The translations under genes were made by a program, and so were the position numbers. Positions 48,755 through 61,899 of a DNA stretch of 64,000 bases are shown one piece after another; position 1 is the stretch's first letter, and every line of letters starts with the position of its first letter. Under the pieces are notes generated by a model, which was given only the letters and a program-made list of their open reading frames with translations, ran no database searches and had not been told where the DNA came from. Source of the stretch: Chiloscyllium plagiosum. Lineage: Eukaryota. The stretch spans positions 21,143,935 to 21,207,934 of the forward strand of contig NC_057713.1 of assembly GCF_004010195.1 (NCBI RefSeq), given 5' to 3'.

Positions 48755-51276
48755 CTTGAGTGAAAGATTATAGATTTTTAAAAGCAGGTACTCCAAACAA
48801 ATGATACAATACACACACACACATGCACACACAATGTGCATACAAAGGTACCTCCTGCAGCCAAGACGGTAAAGATGTTTGAATTTTACAGCTTTTTGGA
48901 GTGAATTTAGGATAGTGCGTTGTCAGAGTGAAATTGAGTCTGTTCAGTTGTTGCTCTGTTTCCTCTGTAACGGTGAAGCAGACATGTCCTGAAGTTCTCA
49001 GTGAATTATTACTGTTCATCAATTAACTATCTGGGTTTGAGGACCATTGTGTGTGAGAGAAGAGACTGCAATATCCTGACTTTTATTATTCATGTTGATT
49101 TTTCCCTCTGCTTTTCTGCTTAAAGAAAGCTTCTAAAATACATTTTTTTCACTGTGAATGCAACACTTTGTAGATCATGTTCAGTTGGCACCTAAGGGAT
49201 TGGTGAGTTCATTGGCCCATAGATCCTGTGGGTCTCTATCCATTATCACTTCACAAAGTAACTTGAGGGCAACCTGGGTAAACACTGAGCAGGTCGTCAA
49301 GCAGAAATGGTGCACAGTGACCCAGGGTTTTCGCAAAGTTTATGTTTCAGTTGTCTAACTATTCTTTATCAGACCTCAAAAGCAACGCCAGAAGATGGTA
49401 CTCCTACTGCCCACTGTCAGTGACGGTAAACATTTGACTGTAATGCTCACTTTGGACCTACCCAATCATCACATTGGATTACACTTGAATGGCATTTGTT
49501 TTAGAATGTTTTAAAAATAAAATATATCATTTTGGATTCCAGCAAGCTTAGTGGGGAATTTGTCAAAGTCCAACACAAGAATTGCAGGAATCTATTTGTA
49601 ATAGAGGGGGATTTTCCATCCATTAATTTGTATGGGAAATCCACGGGCTTCATCCTCTAAGCACTAACCTTTTACTTCCCGCTGGGAATTTGAGAATACA
49701 AATATTGTCTGCAGTAGTCTTTTTTTCATGTCCTTCTGCCTCCAGTCTCCCTGCAGCGCCAACCTTTCTGAATCTACAGGGAGACAATCTGCTCCTGAGT
49801 CCTTGCCAAAGTGCCTTTATAATTGGTTGCTGGATCATTGTTTGTATAGAAACTTATGACCTCCATTCAGACAGGACGCTACCTTCTGCATTTGTGCTTT
49901 AAACTGTGCGTGCCCAGTAACTATTTGTTACCCATCCCCTTGCCAAAATCTGGCACCTTCTGTTTCCCTGCCCTCCACTTTTTGGGTTAGTTCTTTCCCA
50001 CTTTCGCTTGAAGCAGAAACTTAAACCTGGATTGGTATCTGATGGGCAGAAATCAGGGATTGGCCAACCCACCTGACCTCAATAGCTAATCTAGTTCTCC
50101 CTATCATGACTTGTTTCCTCTCCCCTTGTCCAGTCTCTTCTCACTTATATTTCATATTCTTCTAACTTTCTACATCGATTCCACAATTTTCAATTCCCTA
50201 CCCCCTAACCTCTCACCATGTTCTCTTCACCACAGATGTGCAATCCTTCTATATCCCCATCAGAATGGTCTGAAGGCTCTCCACTTTGTCCTTGAAGAGA
50301 AGCCTGAAAAGTCACCATTTCCCACCACCCTCTTTCACCTAGCTAAGCTTCGATTAGGGTCACTTTCTCCAGTTGAAGGGCACAGCTATACCGTTCCAAC
50401 TATGGATATTGCTTTGTGGGGTATGTGGAACATCAGTTGCTCCAGAACTACTTAGGTGTCCATCCACGACTTTCTCTAGTACATTGACGACATCATCGGT
50501 ACAGCTTCCTTCACTTGTGCAGAAGTTCTAAAAGAGTTATCAATTTTGCTACCAATTTTCAACCTTCCCTCACTGACACCTGGTCCACCTCTGACTCTTC
50601 CTTTCCCTTCTTTGACTTCTCCAGTGTCATTTTCGGAGATAGACTACTTACCAATATCCATTCCAAAGCCACCCACTCCCACAATTACTTTGGCTAAATT
50701 TTCTCACACCTGGCTTCCTGCAATTCTTGTATTCCATTCTCTCAGTTTCACAGGCTCAGTCACACTGCTTCCATTGGGCTGCCTCTGACATTTTCTATTT
50801 GCCTTGATTGAAGATTCTCCCCATCATGATTGACAGGGACATCAGCGGTGTCTAACCTATTCCTAGCAATTCATCGCTCACCCCTTCGCCTCCCTTCCAG
50901 AATATTGATAGCATTCCCCTTGTCGTCACTTTCCATCCCACCAGCTTTCGCAGCCAAAGGCCCATCGTCTGCCATTTTTACCTATCTTGGAGAATGCCAC
51001 CATTGAAAACATTTCCTTCCTTTGCCTGTCAGCATTCTGTAGGGAATGTCCCCTCTGAGACAGCTTGGTCCACTACATCATCATTCCTAAAAATTCATCA
51101 ACTCCCTTTTGCATTTTCCCATGTAATCATAGAAGGTGTAACACCTCTTTTACCTCCTTGCTATCCATTGCTCTAAACACACCTTCCATACAAAGTAACT
51201 ATTTATTTGCATGCTTTCAATTAAGTCTACAGTATTTGCTGCTCACAATGTAGTTTCTTCTATGTTGGTAAGACCA

Positions 51277-52020
51277 TCATCACCATCATGGGTGGTCCCT
51301 TACAAACAGAGATGACTCTTGGCATGGTGGCTCAGCGGTTAGCTCTGCTGCCTCACAGCACCAGGGACCAAGGTTCGATTCTAGCCTTGGGCAACTATCT
51401 GTGTGGAGTTTGCACATTCTCCCTGTGTCTGCGAGGGTTTCCTCCAGGTGCTCAGGCTTACCCTTCCGTCCAAAGATGTGCAGGTCAGGTGAATTGGCCA
51501 TGCTAAATTGCCCACAGTGTTAGGTGCATTACTCAGGGGTAAATACAGGGTAGGGGAATGGGTCTGGGCGGGTTAATCTTCAGACGGTTGGTGTGGACTT
51601 GTTGGGCCGAAGGGCCTGTTTCCATACTGTAGGGAATTTAATTTAATCTTCCACTCTCAGGGTGAGTCCGTAGGTGGCTGTACAGATTGATGCAGCTTCC
51701 ATAGATTCTGCCATACTTGGGGGAAAAGGTGCTCATGGGAAAGGGTAGGTAGGGTGTTGGTCACTGAAGTGAATTTACACATTAGTTTGAAGTATAGATC
51801 AATAGAGATATAGTGGAAGACATTGAAGGGAATATTTCAGCACACAGAGCATAGATACATTCCAATGAGTAAGAGATATGCCTAGGGAGTGACCCACCAT
51901 CCAAGGTGAACGATAAAGGTAAAATAGGAGCAAATTTAAATAAAAAGCATATAATTCTGCAAAGGTAGGTCAAAAGATTGGACAGAATAAGAAAAACAGA
52001 AAGAAATGAATTAAAATAAA
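51277..52020 (-). mobile_element. Retroposed insertion inside the PLE (probable RTE-type 3' end, (GAT)n-like tail) with 8-bp TSD
   Basis: taagacca at 51269-51276 and 52021-52028; tcatcaccatcat tail at the left end. The RTE assignment is tentative. Confidence 0.65.
51321..51645 (+). mobile_element. HE1-type V-SINE nested in the 51277-52020 insertion
   Basis: Full head, V-domain and tail; tctt on both sides. Confidence 0.92.
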
Positions 52021-52624
52021 TAAGACCAATCACTGACTGGGTAACTGCTTTTTGGAATAGTTCTGCAAGAATTACCTTGACCTTCCAGTTATTTGCCATT
52101 TTGATATACCTTCTTGCTTTCATGCTAATGTTTCTGTTGCAGTTGTTCCAGTGAAGCCCAATGCACGCTGAAGGAGCAGCAGCTCGTTTTCTGCGGAGAC
52201 ACTTTCAAGAGTCTTCCAACAACATCAGAGCATGAACACTTTGGTTACACCCCTTCCTCACTCTCCCATTTCCTGCATGTATAGTTGGAATAGTTTGCTC
52301 TCAGAGAACTGACCTATCCGTACTATTCACAACTGTGATTAACTCTGTGATTAATTCTGTGACCTTCCTGTTCCGCTACTATCAATAGCACTCCCTTTGT
52401 CTTTTGCTCTGGGCATTATCACCATCTGTTCCACTTGATGCTCCCCCTTCCCTTTTTGTTAATGGCATAAAAGCCATTATTTTCTAGGCCTCTTCATTCT
52501 CGAAGAAGAATCATACAAGACTCAAAACATAACTGTTTCCCTCCCTACAGATGCTCCCAGATCTGTTGATGTTCTCCTGCAATTTCTATTTCAGTATTCA
52601 CAGTACTTTACTTTAAATTACTCC

Positions 52625-53310
52625 AACAATTTGTTTAATACCACTTCTCCAGTGATTGTAATTTTCCTGAGTTCCTCACTTCCTTCATTTCTTAATTTAT
52701 AGCAACTTCTGAGATGTTATTTATTTTTCCAGGTGAAAGCTGATGCAAAATATCTGTTCAATTCATCTCGCATCTTTTTATTTTCCATTACCAATTCTAC
52801 AGACTCGCTTACCAAAAGGATCAATGCTCATTTTGTTAACAGTCTTTTAAAAATATTTACAGAAACTCTTACTATCTGCTTTAAAAATTCTGGATAACTT
52901 TTTCTTGGACTTCAATTTTTCCTCTTACTTTAAAAAATCATCTCTTCCTGTTTTTTATGCTCTCCAATCTTTTGGCCTGCCACATTATTATAGAACTATA
53001 TGTTTTTATTTAAATTCAACCCTGTTTTTAACCTGTATCCATGCCTTGGATGATGAATCACTCAGTACCTTAGAATATCTCTTACTCAGTGGAATCTATC
53101 AATTCTGTATATGCTAAACTATTCCCTTAAATGTCTGCCGCTACATCTGGATCAATCTATATTTCAAACTAATACGTAAATTCACTGTCATCAGCTCTAC
53201 TTTCATGCAATTGTAATTGTTCTTATTTGTTTTTATTTAAGTTTTAATAGAATATACTCAGACCCACTTTGCTCTCCTTCAAACTGAATACAAAATACAA
53301 TCATTCACTG
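52625..53310 (-). mobile_element. Old CR1 ORF2 middle fragment
   Basis: tgatgcaaaatatctgttcaattcatc (reverse: ELNRYFAS) is homologous to 57060-57100. Confidence 0.55.
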
Positions 53311-55179
53311 GTTATGGCAAGGCAGGTAACTTTGGAGTTTTCACTGCAAGCAATACTGTTGGGAAAGATGTAGGTGGAAGGGGCTGTCTCATTTAGGGGT
53401 CATCCCTGCCCATCAGGGGCAAGCCATACAACATCAACCTACTTGTTTAATATTCCTCCCCAGTCACTTTAACTTGATTCCCAACACACTTTCACTTTCC
53501 CAACCCCATTTTCTACCTTCCCCTCTGTCATCTACTGGGGTCTCCTAGCCAGGTTTATCCAAAGATCAGGTTTACCTCAGGAGTTCAGGCTCCATATCTC
53601 ATTTTTCTCAATTTCTGACTGTAATCCCAGCAGTGGTCACGTCTCAATCCTGGCATTACTGAGATGGGGGCAGACTTTCAGGCTACTCTCAGTGTAATAT
53701 CTGTTTGGGGTTGCTAGTTTCTGAGGTGATGGGCTTACAACCATTTTTTTTCCATCAGGAGGGAGCGCTGAATAATTCTACTTGTAAAATTCACCCAAAT
53801 TAAAACATAATTTAGGAAATCACCTTGTGTCAATGTGTACGTCTATGAAATGTGGTAAATGATTGTCTCAGTTATATTGTCTTCTCAAAGTCAACAATCT
53901 CAGATTTAGCCAAAAACTCCTGATTAACATAAAGTTAAGTTCCCTTGGCACACATACTTTCCCTCAACTGCAGATCTCCACTTCAGCAGTCCATCAGCAA
54001 TGTGTGTATCATTCTGGTTAAAGATTAAAGCTGACAGTGTAATGTGATTTTAGATGTACACCCATTTCTCTCAAACATTGAAGCATCCTGCTCAAAAAAA
54101 GATTAGAGCCGTATATTTTATATCTCAGATCAATGCAGAAATGACACAAGTTTCTATATGTGTAATATTGTGCTTCAAAAGGTCTGATGCATGCTTCAGC
54201 TCTGACATCAAATACTGGTCTTACCAGCAACACCAGCAACCTATTTATTAAAATTTGAATGTTTGCGACCACTTTTTAAAAACATTTTCAAGGAAGCCCA
54301 ATATGTTGCCCACAACTATGGTTTAGGTCAGATCAATTGCCTGGGTCGCTGAGGTCAATGTTTCCAGCAGATTGTTCAATTTTAAACTAGCAATGCAAGA
54401 ACGTAAGATTATGTGAATTGCTTTGCCCAGATCGTGTTTACCTATGACATGAAGAGATTACGTTCAGAAAGGTTTTCAATGTATTTCCACTGGCAGTGCA
54501 CCAGCCCTCAGATATCATGTTGTGATCTCTTTCCTGCACCCTGCAGGGATCTGGACTCAAAAACAGGTGGTGAAGCTGGCGTTAATTCCTGACATGGGGA
54601 ATAACTGCGTCCTACTGCACATGGCACAGCAGATTAATGCCCCGTAGATTATCCATATATAAGGAAATCCAAAGCACAGTCATCGATAATTAGCTAGATT
54701 TTGTTGACAGAGTTAAGGAATGCAACACTTCCTCCTAAATGTCTGGTATCGTTTCATCTTGAAATTCTCACCTTGCTTTGCCTCTTTTGTCTGATGTTTT
54801 TACTTGATTTACTGAACAGTGGCTTAGAGAACACCTGACACACACTAAGATCAGTTCACTGTCAAGTCTGAGAATCTAATGTCTGGCTGCCCAGTTGGAG
54901 AGAACTCCAGCAAACTAACCCATTGCCATCGCAAGTCACACAACCTACAGCTTCCCTGATTGTGCTTCCATATGCTGTAGTATCCTGATGCAACCAATTT
55001 CTCTTGGCACAATTTCTCGATTTTCAAATCTTATGTTTTATTTGGTCACTGTGGCTTTATTTTTGTCTGTTGGTATTTTTACACCTTTAGTCTTTTTTTT
55101 TCTTGTTATAAGCTCCAGTTTTATTCCTAATAGTTCTATTGCTTCATAAATTTTACAGGATTCATACTTTTACAGGATT

Positions 55180-55860
55180 TATAGGAATTAGGAGCAATTC
55201 AGTTCAAATACTTCTCTGCCATTCAATAAGATCATGGCAGATCTGATTATAGATTTAACCCCACTATCCTGTCTGTACCCCATAACCTTATCCTGATGAA
55301 GGGCTTTTGCCCGAAACATCGATTTTCATGCTTTTCGAATGCTGCCTGAACTGCTGTGCTTTTTCCAGCACCACACTCTTGACTCTAATGTCCAGCATCT
55401 GCAGTACTCACTTTCGCCTGTAACCCATAAACTTTTACTCTCTTGCTGATCTCTGTCTGAGGTCTGAATACATTCAATTACCCAGCCTTCAGTGCTCTCT
55501 GGTAAAAATAATGCCAAAATCATGGACCTTTCTGAGAATGAATTCTCAGGCAGATGTGATTAGTTGAGATGCCATCATTGTGGGAACAGACATGGTGGGC
55601 TGAAGGGCCTGTTCATGTGTTGCATTATTCTACTCATGTCATTTTTAAATGGGGCACCTCTTATTGTACACCATGACGTCTAGTTCTAGATTTCTCGCTG
55701 AAGGGAAGCATCCTCTTAGCATCTTGCGAGTCAAATCTCTTAGATTCAAATATGCTACAATCACAAACTCCAACGAATATAGATCCAACCTCTTAAGACA
55801 AATCCCTTACTCACAGGAGTGGATCCAGTGAACCCTAGTTGAACCATCTCTCTTGTAAGT
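55180..55860 (-). mobile_element. CR1 3' end interrupted by a P1 element and a short plus-strand tail (55545-55635)
   Basis: gccattcaataagatcatggcagatctg (reverse CR1 3' UTR); homologous to 11800-12300. Confidence 0.75.
55290..55417 (+). mobile_element. P1 Penelope-terminus element with hammerhead core and 17-bp TSD
   Basis: Core ctgatga-a-gggc-tttt-gccc-gaaac-atc at 55293-55320 with atc/gat stem-I pairing. TSD ctgtaccccataacctt (55273-55289) / ctgtaacccataaactt (55418-55434), 15/17. Confidence 0.9.
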
Positions 55861-55929
55861 GCATTCCCAAACTGTAATTATATATCCCACCCCCCCCTTG
55901 CAATCAAGCCATTTTTCATCATAATTACT

Positions 55930-56310
55930 TGCTATAAAAAGACTGGTGGCCAACATAAAGGGAAATCCCAAAGTCATCTTATAAGTCCATGGGAAAAGGA
56001 AGAGGAATGTGCATAAGGGAAATTAAAAAAGCATTTACAGACAGAGACAAGAGGCTTGGCTGAGATGTTAGTAAAGATTTTGCATCTGTCTTTTCCTGTA
56101 AGGCCAATGCTGCCCAGACCAGGGTGACAAATGTGGGAACTCAGTCAATAGAGGGTTAAAAATTAGTAAGGAGGACGTATTGAGTAAAGTTATCAGTATT
56201 TTAATTTAATAAGTTACTGGGAGCAGATGAGATGCATCAATCAATCTTGAAGGAAGTCAGAGTAGAAATTGTAGAGGCACTGGCAATAATTTTGGATTTC
56301 TATAAGGTGC
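55930..56310 (+). mobile_element. CR1 ORF2 middle fragment
   Basis: KRLVANIKGNPK; FASVF; GADEMH..ILKEVRVEIVEALAII. Inverted homolog of 56880-57260. Confidence 0.75.
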
Positions 56311-56439
56311 TACATAAAATTTAACTGCACTTGCTTATGATGTTGTGTATGACTGTGCATAGAGGATTGGTGAACAAACTGAAAACATGAAGGCAAGATA
56401 AATGAATTTTGACTTCTTGCAATTAATATACAAAGACAT

Positions 56440-58130
56440 CCAGGAGCCTCTCTATTGATATTGCAGTCTCTCTTCATTTAAATAATGTTTTACTTTTCTA
56501 TTTTCCTGGTGAAGTGGTCAATCTTGCATTTTGCCATATTTCACTCCATTTGATAATTTTGTATCCACTCATTAAACTTATCTATATCCCTGCAAACTCT
56601 TATGAATTTATCTCACAACATTTGTTGCTGCCTAGCCGAGTGTCAGAGAATCTAGCCACAATACAGTCTACCCCTTCACGTAAGCCATGAACATAGTTCA
56701 GAAATAGTTGAGGATCCAGCACTAATCCATTTCCATTCAAGTTGAAAGTTACCCAGTTATCCAGCCTGTGTGTTTCAAGTTAGCCAAACTTCTATGTGCA
56801 AACACAACCATTAACACAGGCATCTGCAGTTAACTTTTATGTAGCATGTTAGTAAATGCTTTGTGGAAATCCAAGATTACTGTTAGTGCCTCTGCAATCT
56901 CCATTCTCATATCCTTCAATGTGTTTCATCTCGTCCCAGTAACCTATCAAATTAAAATACAGACAGCCTACTCAATACCTCCTCCTCACCAGTTTTAAAC
57001 CCTTCTAGTGATTGAGTTTATTCACCTGTCTCCATGGTCTGGGCAACACGTACCTCACAAGTAAAGACAGATGCAAAATATTCATTTAACATCTCAACTG
57101 TGCGTCTTGCCTCTGTGCATAAATGCCCTTTTTGTGCTCTAATAGACCCTACTCTTCCTTTTTCCATCTTTTCACTATTGATGGGCATATAGAAGATTTT
57201 GGGGCATTTCCCTTTAAATTAGCTGCCAGTCTTTTCATAATTCCTCTTTGCTTCTCTATTTGCTTTTTACCTTCACACTGCGCCTTCAGTAGTCAACTTG
57301 GTTCACAATTGTAATTACTACCTGATACCTATCAGAGATAACCGTTTTCTCCCTTATCTTAATTTCTGTCTTCTTTGTCATCCAGGGGGCTCTGGATTTG
57401 CTTGTCCTAACTTTCCCTTTTGAGGGAATATATTTTGCCCATGCCCAAACTCTGTCCCCTCTAAAAATAGCTCATTGCTCAGATACTAGTTTTCTCACCA
57501 TATCCCCTTCTCTTGCCCCAGTAAAGTCAGCTCTCTGCTGGTTGATTGCCCTTACTTTGGTTTGATCAACATTTGACTCCATTATTTTTTCCCTAACTCT
57601 GACTTCATCTATCAACTTACTATTCTCTATTTTAGTGCTGTCTGTCACTCCTAGCATTTTATGTACCCTGCTATTACTTGCTAATATTCTCTCCTGGTCC
57701 CCACAACCCCACTGAATTAGTTTAAACTCTACTCAACAGCATTCGCAAAATGTCCTATGAGGAACTCCATTCCGGCTCTGTTCAGATGCAATCTGCTTGG
57801 CTTGTATGGTTCCCCAGAGCCAGCTTCAGTATCCCAGGAATCTAAATCCCTCTGTCTTGCACCATGCATTTGTCTGATCTTCCAATTTCTGTACACAAAT
57901 GCATATGGCAATGGGAGTAAGTTGGAGGTTACTGCTTTAGAGGTCCTGCTGGAGTTTTCTACCGAACTCTTTACATTCAAATTGTAGGCTACATTCTCCT
58001 ACATTATTAGTATCAATGGGGAGCATGACCTCTGGTCATTTGTCAGCCCTAAGGAGAATGCTCCATAGCTGTTCAGTGACATCCTTGATCTTAGCACGAA
58101 CTAACCATCCTGTAGTCACACTGATGGCCA
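56440..58130 (-). mobile_element. Fragmented CR1 LINE including an ORF1 esterase (SGNH/GDSL-like) remnant
   Basis: RT-region fragments at 56440-56880, mid-ORF2 at 56880-57620. ORF 57729..57980 has RNWKIRQM...LHLNRAGMEFLIGHFANAV, like the DGLHLN block of CR1 ORF1 esterases. Confidence 0.75.
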
Positions 58131-58134
58131 CAGA

Positions 58135-58270
58135 AATAGAACATAGAACATAGAACAATGCAGTGCAGAACAGGCCCTTCAGCCCTCGATGTTGCACTGA
58201 CTTGTGAACTATTCTCAGCTCATCCCCCTACACTATCCCAAAATCATCCATGTGCTTACCTAATGTCAAC
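58135..58270 (-). mobile_element. Young CR1 tail
   Basis: (atagaac)n tail followed by acaggcccttcagccctcgatgttgc. Confidence 0.75.
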
Positions 58271-58679
58271 TAAAGAATGCCCTGTCAGTAGTACCCTTCC
58301 ACTCTTCTTCCTCCCCTCTTGTAAAGCTGGGTCACTCACGGTGACATGGACCTGGACCTTGTCATTACTTCTTAAATAATGAATTTTACAACTTGAAGAA
58401 AGACAAACTTTAGGTTGACTGGCTTACACTTTTCAGTGTTGCCTAATCCCAATGTAAGTAACTTTAAAAGATTAGCACCAACATATCCATGATATCCATC
58501 CATACTTCTTTTAAATCCCTCAGATTCAGGTCGAGAAGACTTATCACCTTTTCAGCCCAATAACTTTTCAAGGACATTTTCTCTATTGATCCTGATTGGT
58601 TCCATTGCCCCTCCTGCCTCTTGATTTCCGACAAGTTTTTGGGTTTTTTCTACCGTGAAGACAAGTACAAATATACAAT

Positions 58680-59050
58680 TCTAAGTCCGAAAGATATACC
58701 TCTTCTGTGACTTGACCCAAAGTCTAACTGCTGCATCGATTCAGTTTTGACAGAGTTTGATCAGGATTCTGTCTCCCAAGTTTGGCAGATGTGAATGATT
58801 GCATTGCATTGTTTCAAATAAGAACATTGGCATTATCTCCAATGTCCTGGTTAATTTATACCTCTCAACTAAAAGCATCAAACCTCACCTGATTATTATC
58901 ATGCCGCTGCTTGCCAGAGCGCATGTGAAAGTTGACTTTTCTACATTGCAATAATCATGACACTTCAAAAGGATTTCATTGGCTGTGAAGTTGGGACACG
59001 TTGAGGTCATGACAGCACTATAACAATGCAAATCTTGATTTCTTTATCTT
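58680..59050 (+). mobile_element. SacSINE1/DeuSINE-like SINE, old
   Basis: tgtcctggttaatttatacctctcaac...cacttcaaaaggatttcattggctgtgaag..gaggtcatga..aatgcaaatctt matches the recalled DeuSINE body and tail. Confidence 0.7.
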
Positions 59051-59686
59051 TCTTTCATAGATGTTGTGACTTCAGACTAGGCTTGGAGAACATTGGGAGC
59101 TGGGTCAAGCTGAGGAAAATATACTTCACTCTGAGCATGTAGCTTGGAGGCAAAAAAAGCTTCAAATTGTGGTTGAACAATTGAGCTCAAACTAGGTGAA
59201 TTGTTCAATTTATTTTTCCATCAATTGTATCTTTTACTGTTCCACTAAAATACTCACTATCAAAAGATCTAAAGAGCTAGACATGTGGAAGCTATGAAAT
59301 GCCTTGAGGAGGAAGGTCTAGTTTGGAAGTTCAATTTCTGTTCTAATTATTTTAATACTGAGTACCATATATCAGTTCTCCTGTTCAAGTTATAATTCAG
59401 TGCCTTTTGAATTCCAGTTTTGAAGTGACCTAATTGCTGTTTCTTGATTTTCATCATCTCTGCACCAGCTTTTTTAAAAACCTTGGTTGGGTTCAATACT
59501 TTCAGCCTGTAATATATGGATATGGTTTGAGGGGCTTCTGAGGTGTGGGTAGTGCAATAATGTTTGCAAATTTCTTCAAAAATTGTCAGGCAATATCCTG
59601 GAATAATCATTTATCAATTTGTGCAGAAAAATGCCGGCATTAATAAATTAGTCATGTCATCAGTACAGAAAGATTTGTATGTCATT

Positions 59687-59989
59687 GAATCCCTACAGTG
59701 TGGTAGCAGGCCATTCAGCCCATCAAGTCCACACCAACCTTCTGAAGAGCATCCCACCCAGACTCACCCATTCCTATAACCCTGCATTTCTCATGGCTAA
59801 TCCACCTAACCTGCACATCCCTATACACAATGGCCATTCCACCTAACCTGCACAACTTTGGACTGTGGGAGTACCCAGAGCAAACGCACGCAGACACAGG
59901 GAGAATGTGCAAACTCCACACAGGCTGGTATTGAACCCAGTTGTCTGGTGCTGTGAGGCAGCAGGGCTAACTGAGCTACCATACCACCC
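59687..59989 (-). mobile_element. HE1-type V-SINE
   Basis: Reverse homolog with a duplicated tccacctaacctgcaca unit. Confidence 0.9.
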
Positions 59990-61899
59990 TGTATCCTCTT
60001 TCATAACATTGTAAGTGTCACACTTACTGAAATTTCACAAACAGAACAAAAAAAAATTCTAATTTGTTGCTTCTGCTGTGTTTTCCTATTACACACCATG
60101 AATTGCCCAATATGGGCAAGGATTTGGCAACACCGCTGTATGGCTTCAATAGAAATTATCATGACATTCTTGCTCATGAACTAATGTTGTCCACTCCCAC
60201 TCAGTATTGTCACCTTGCTTTATTTACAATGCAAATTACTTTGCTGCAGCATTTCAGTCTTTATGAAACCAGACAGTGTCAGGTTACTTGTGGATCCATG
60301 ATTTTGGAATAATACTCATGAAAGCAGTTTTACCTCGTCTTCTTGGCTTGGGTTCAAGTTTAGTTTCAAGGGCAGCACAGCGACATAAATGATCTGCAAA
60401 TTACAGCGTGCTTACAGCGCCATACATAAATGAATGTCACCAAATGTCTCATTACCGTACAATACAAATCTAAGGAGTAGAGGTTCAATTGAGAAGCACT
60501 AACTTGGGCTTGCAGCTGTCACGGATGATCTATATCTACTATAGATGACAAAAAGCTCCTCTCCAGTCAAGCTGTCCTGCCAATGTTGATGTATTAATCT
60601 AAAAGTTAGAATCCGAGCCAAGTGTAAGAATGCATGGGTATCCACCACAGGGGCTGTTAAATATCAGATGACAGCCAGGGCCACCAACAGCAATGAAAGG
60701 TAAGAGCTGTCTGTCATACTGACTAAACATCAAGGAACAAACAGGAAGGCATAACAACATATTGGTTTGAAGCCAAAACTGGCAGCACAGCAATTCAAGC
60801 TAATGCCAAGTGTTTGAATTATAATGAACCTTTTATCTGGGAAGTAACTTGTCTGCAATTCATGGGACATCCAGATTTTATGAAAAAGAAGCATTGCACT
60901 GATGTCTTATGAGCATTAGGTAATAAGTACAGCTGTATTTCAATTAGATTGGCCTCGATCCATCTGTAAGTAGTTAAGAGGTAGCTTCTGTCCTTCATAG
61001 AAATGAAGCTGCTCAATACAATGAAATTTGGAAGTGTCAGGAAGAGGTAAATTTTGTGATTCCTTATACCACCCATACAATCTCACAGGGAACCAGTTCA
61101 GGTTACAACATTGTTGGCAGGGTGCCACAATTTTCTCATATGTTCCCACTGTTCAAAATGCACTCAAATCGGCAACCTCACGAAATAGCTCCTGTGCACA
61201 GATAAAAGTGTTCCCATTGCTGTCAGGCTTTTCTGAGGCTCATGACTAAAGTAGAGAACAGCTGTATCTGAATCGCTGTGTTACTCTGGTTGAGAATATT
61301 ATGGAAGCAAAACAGGCTAATTCTCCCTGAAACAATTCTTGCTCAGATATTTTTAAAAAGACCTGATTTTAGCTTTTAGATGCTATATAAAAAAAAATTG
61401 CTGTCATACAGACTGAAATTAACTTGTCATGGAGAAGCATTATTAATACTGAGGAAGATAATCGACAATATGTTTTCCTTCCCCATTCCGCTTTCACTCA
61501 CTTCAAGTATGTCATATGTCTATCTCCCTTCAGCAGTGATGAAAGGACATTAGAGAACAACATTGGATAAAATTGAAATAGTGAATAAAATTTCTTGCCC
61601 TCCCCATGATGTGTTTGATTACTTGGGGACATATAATCAGAACAAGAGAGGCAGACAAGACCAAGCTGCCTTTGTTTCAGTCAAGTCCATTGCAGAAAGC
61701 CCCCAGTGATCTTGTCATCCCAGTGCAAATTGAAACTCTAAAGTGGGTAATTAATACCTACTACAAGGCATTAATTCATCAGAACAAGTACTCACCAGTG
61801 CAAAGGGTGCACTCATTCTGCAGGGTGCACATCAAACAAACCCTGTTACTGGTTTCTTATTCAAGGACACTCAATGTCTTAGATTCACCACCCGCTGGC

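Larger units (their letters stand above)
50100..52620 (+). mobile_element. Penelope-like element remnant: RT, GIY-YIG and pLTR
   Basis: LFTTDVQS..PHQNGLKALHFVLE; YIDD at 50480-50491; SFPFFD..GDRLLTNIHSKATHSHNY; FPCNHRRCNT; VYSICCSQC..YVGKT. Resumes at 52021 (..DLPVICHF..LQLFQ/EAQCTLKEQQLVF); pLTR at ~52495-52620. Confidence 0.9.

Noticed and set aside
54653-54664. CArG box (ccatatataagg)
   Set aside because: It has 8 A/T between CC and GG rather than the required 6.
55930-57260. Large inverted repeat as a single structured element
   Set aside because: Explained by two diverged CR1 ORF2 fragments in opposite orientation.
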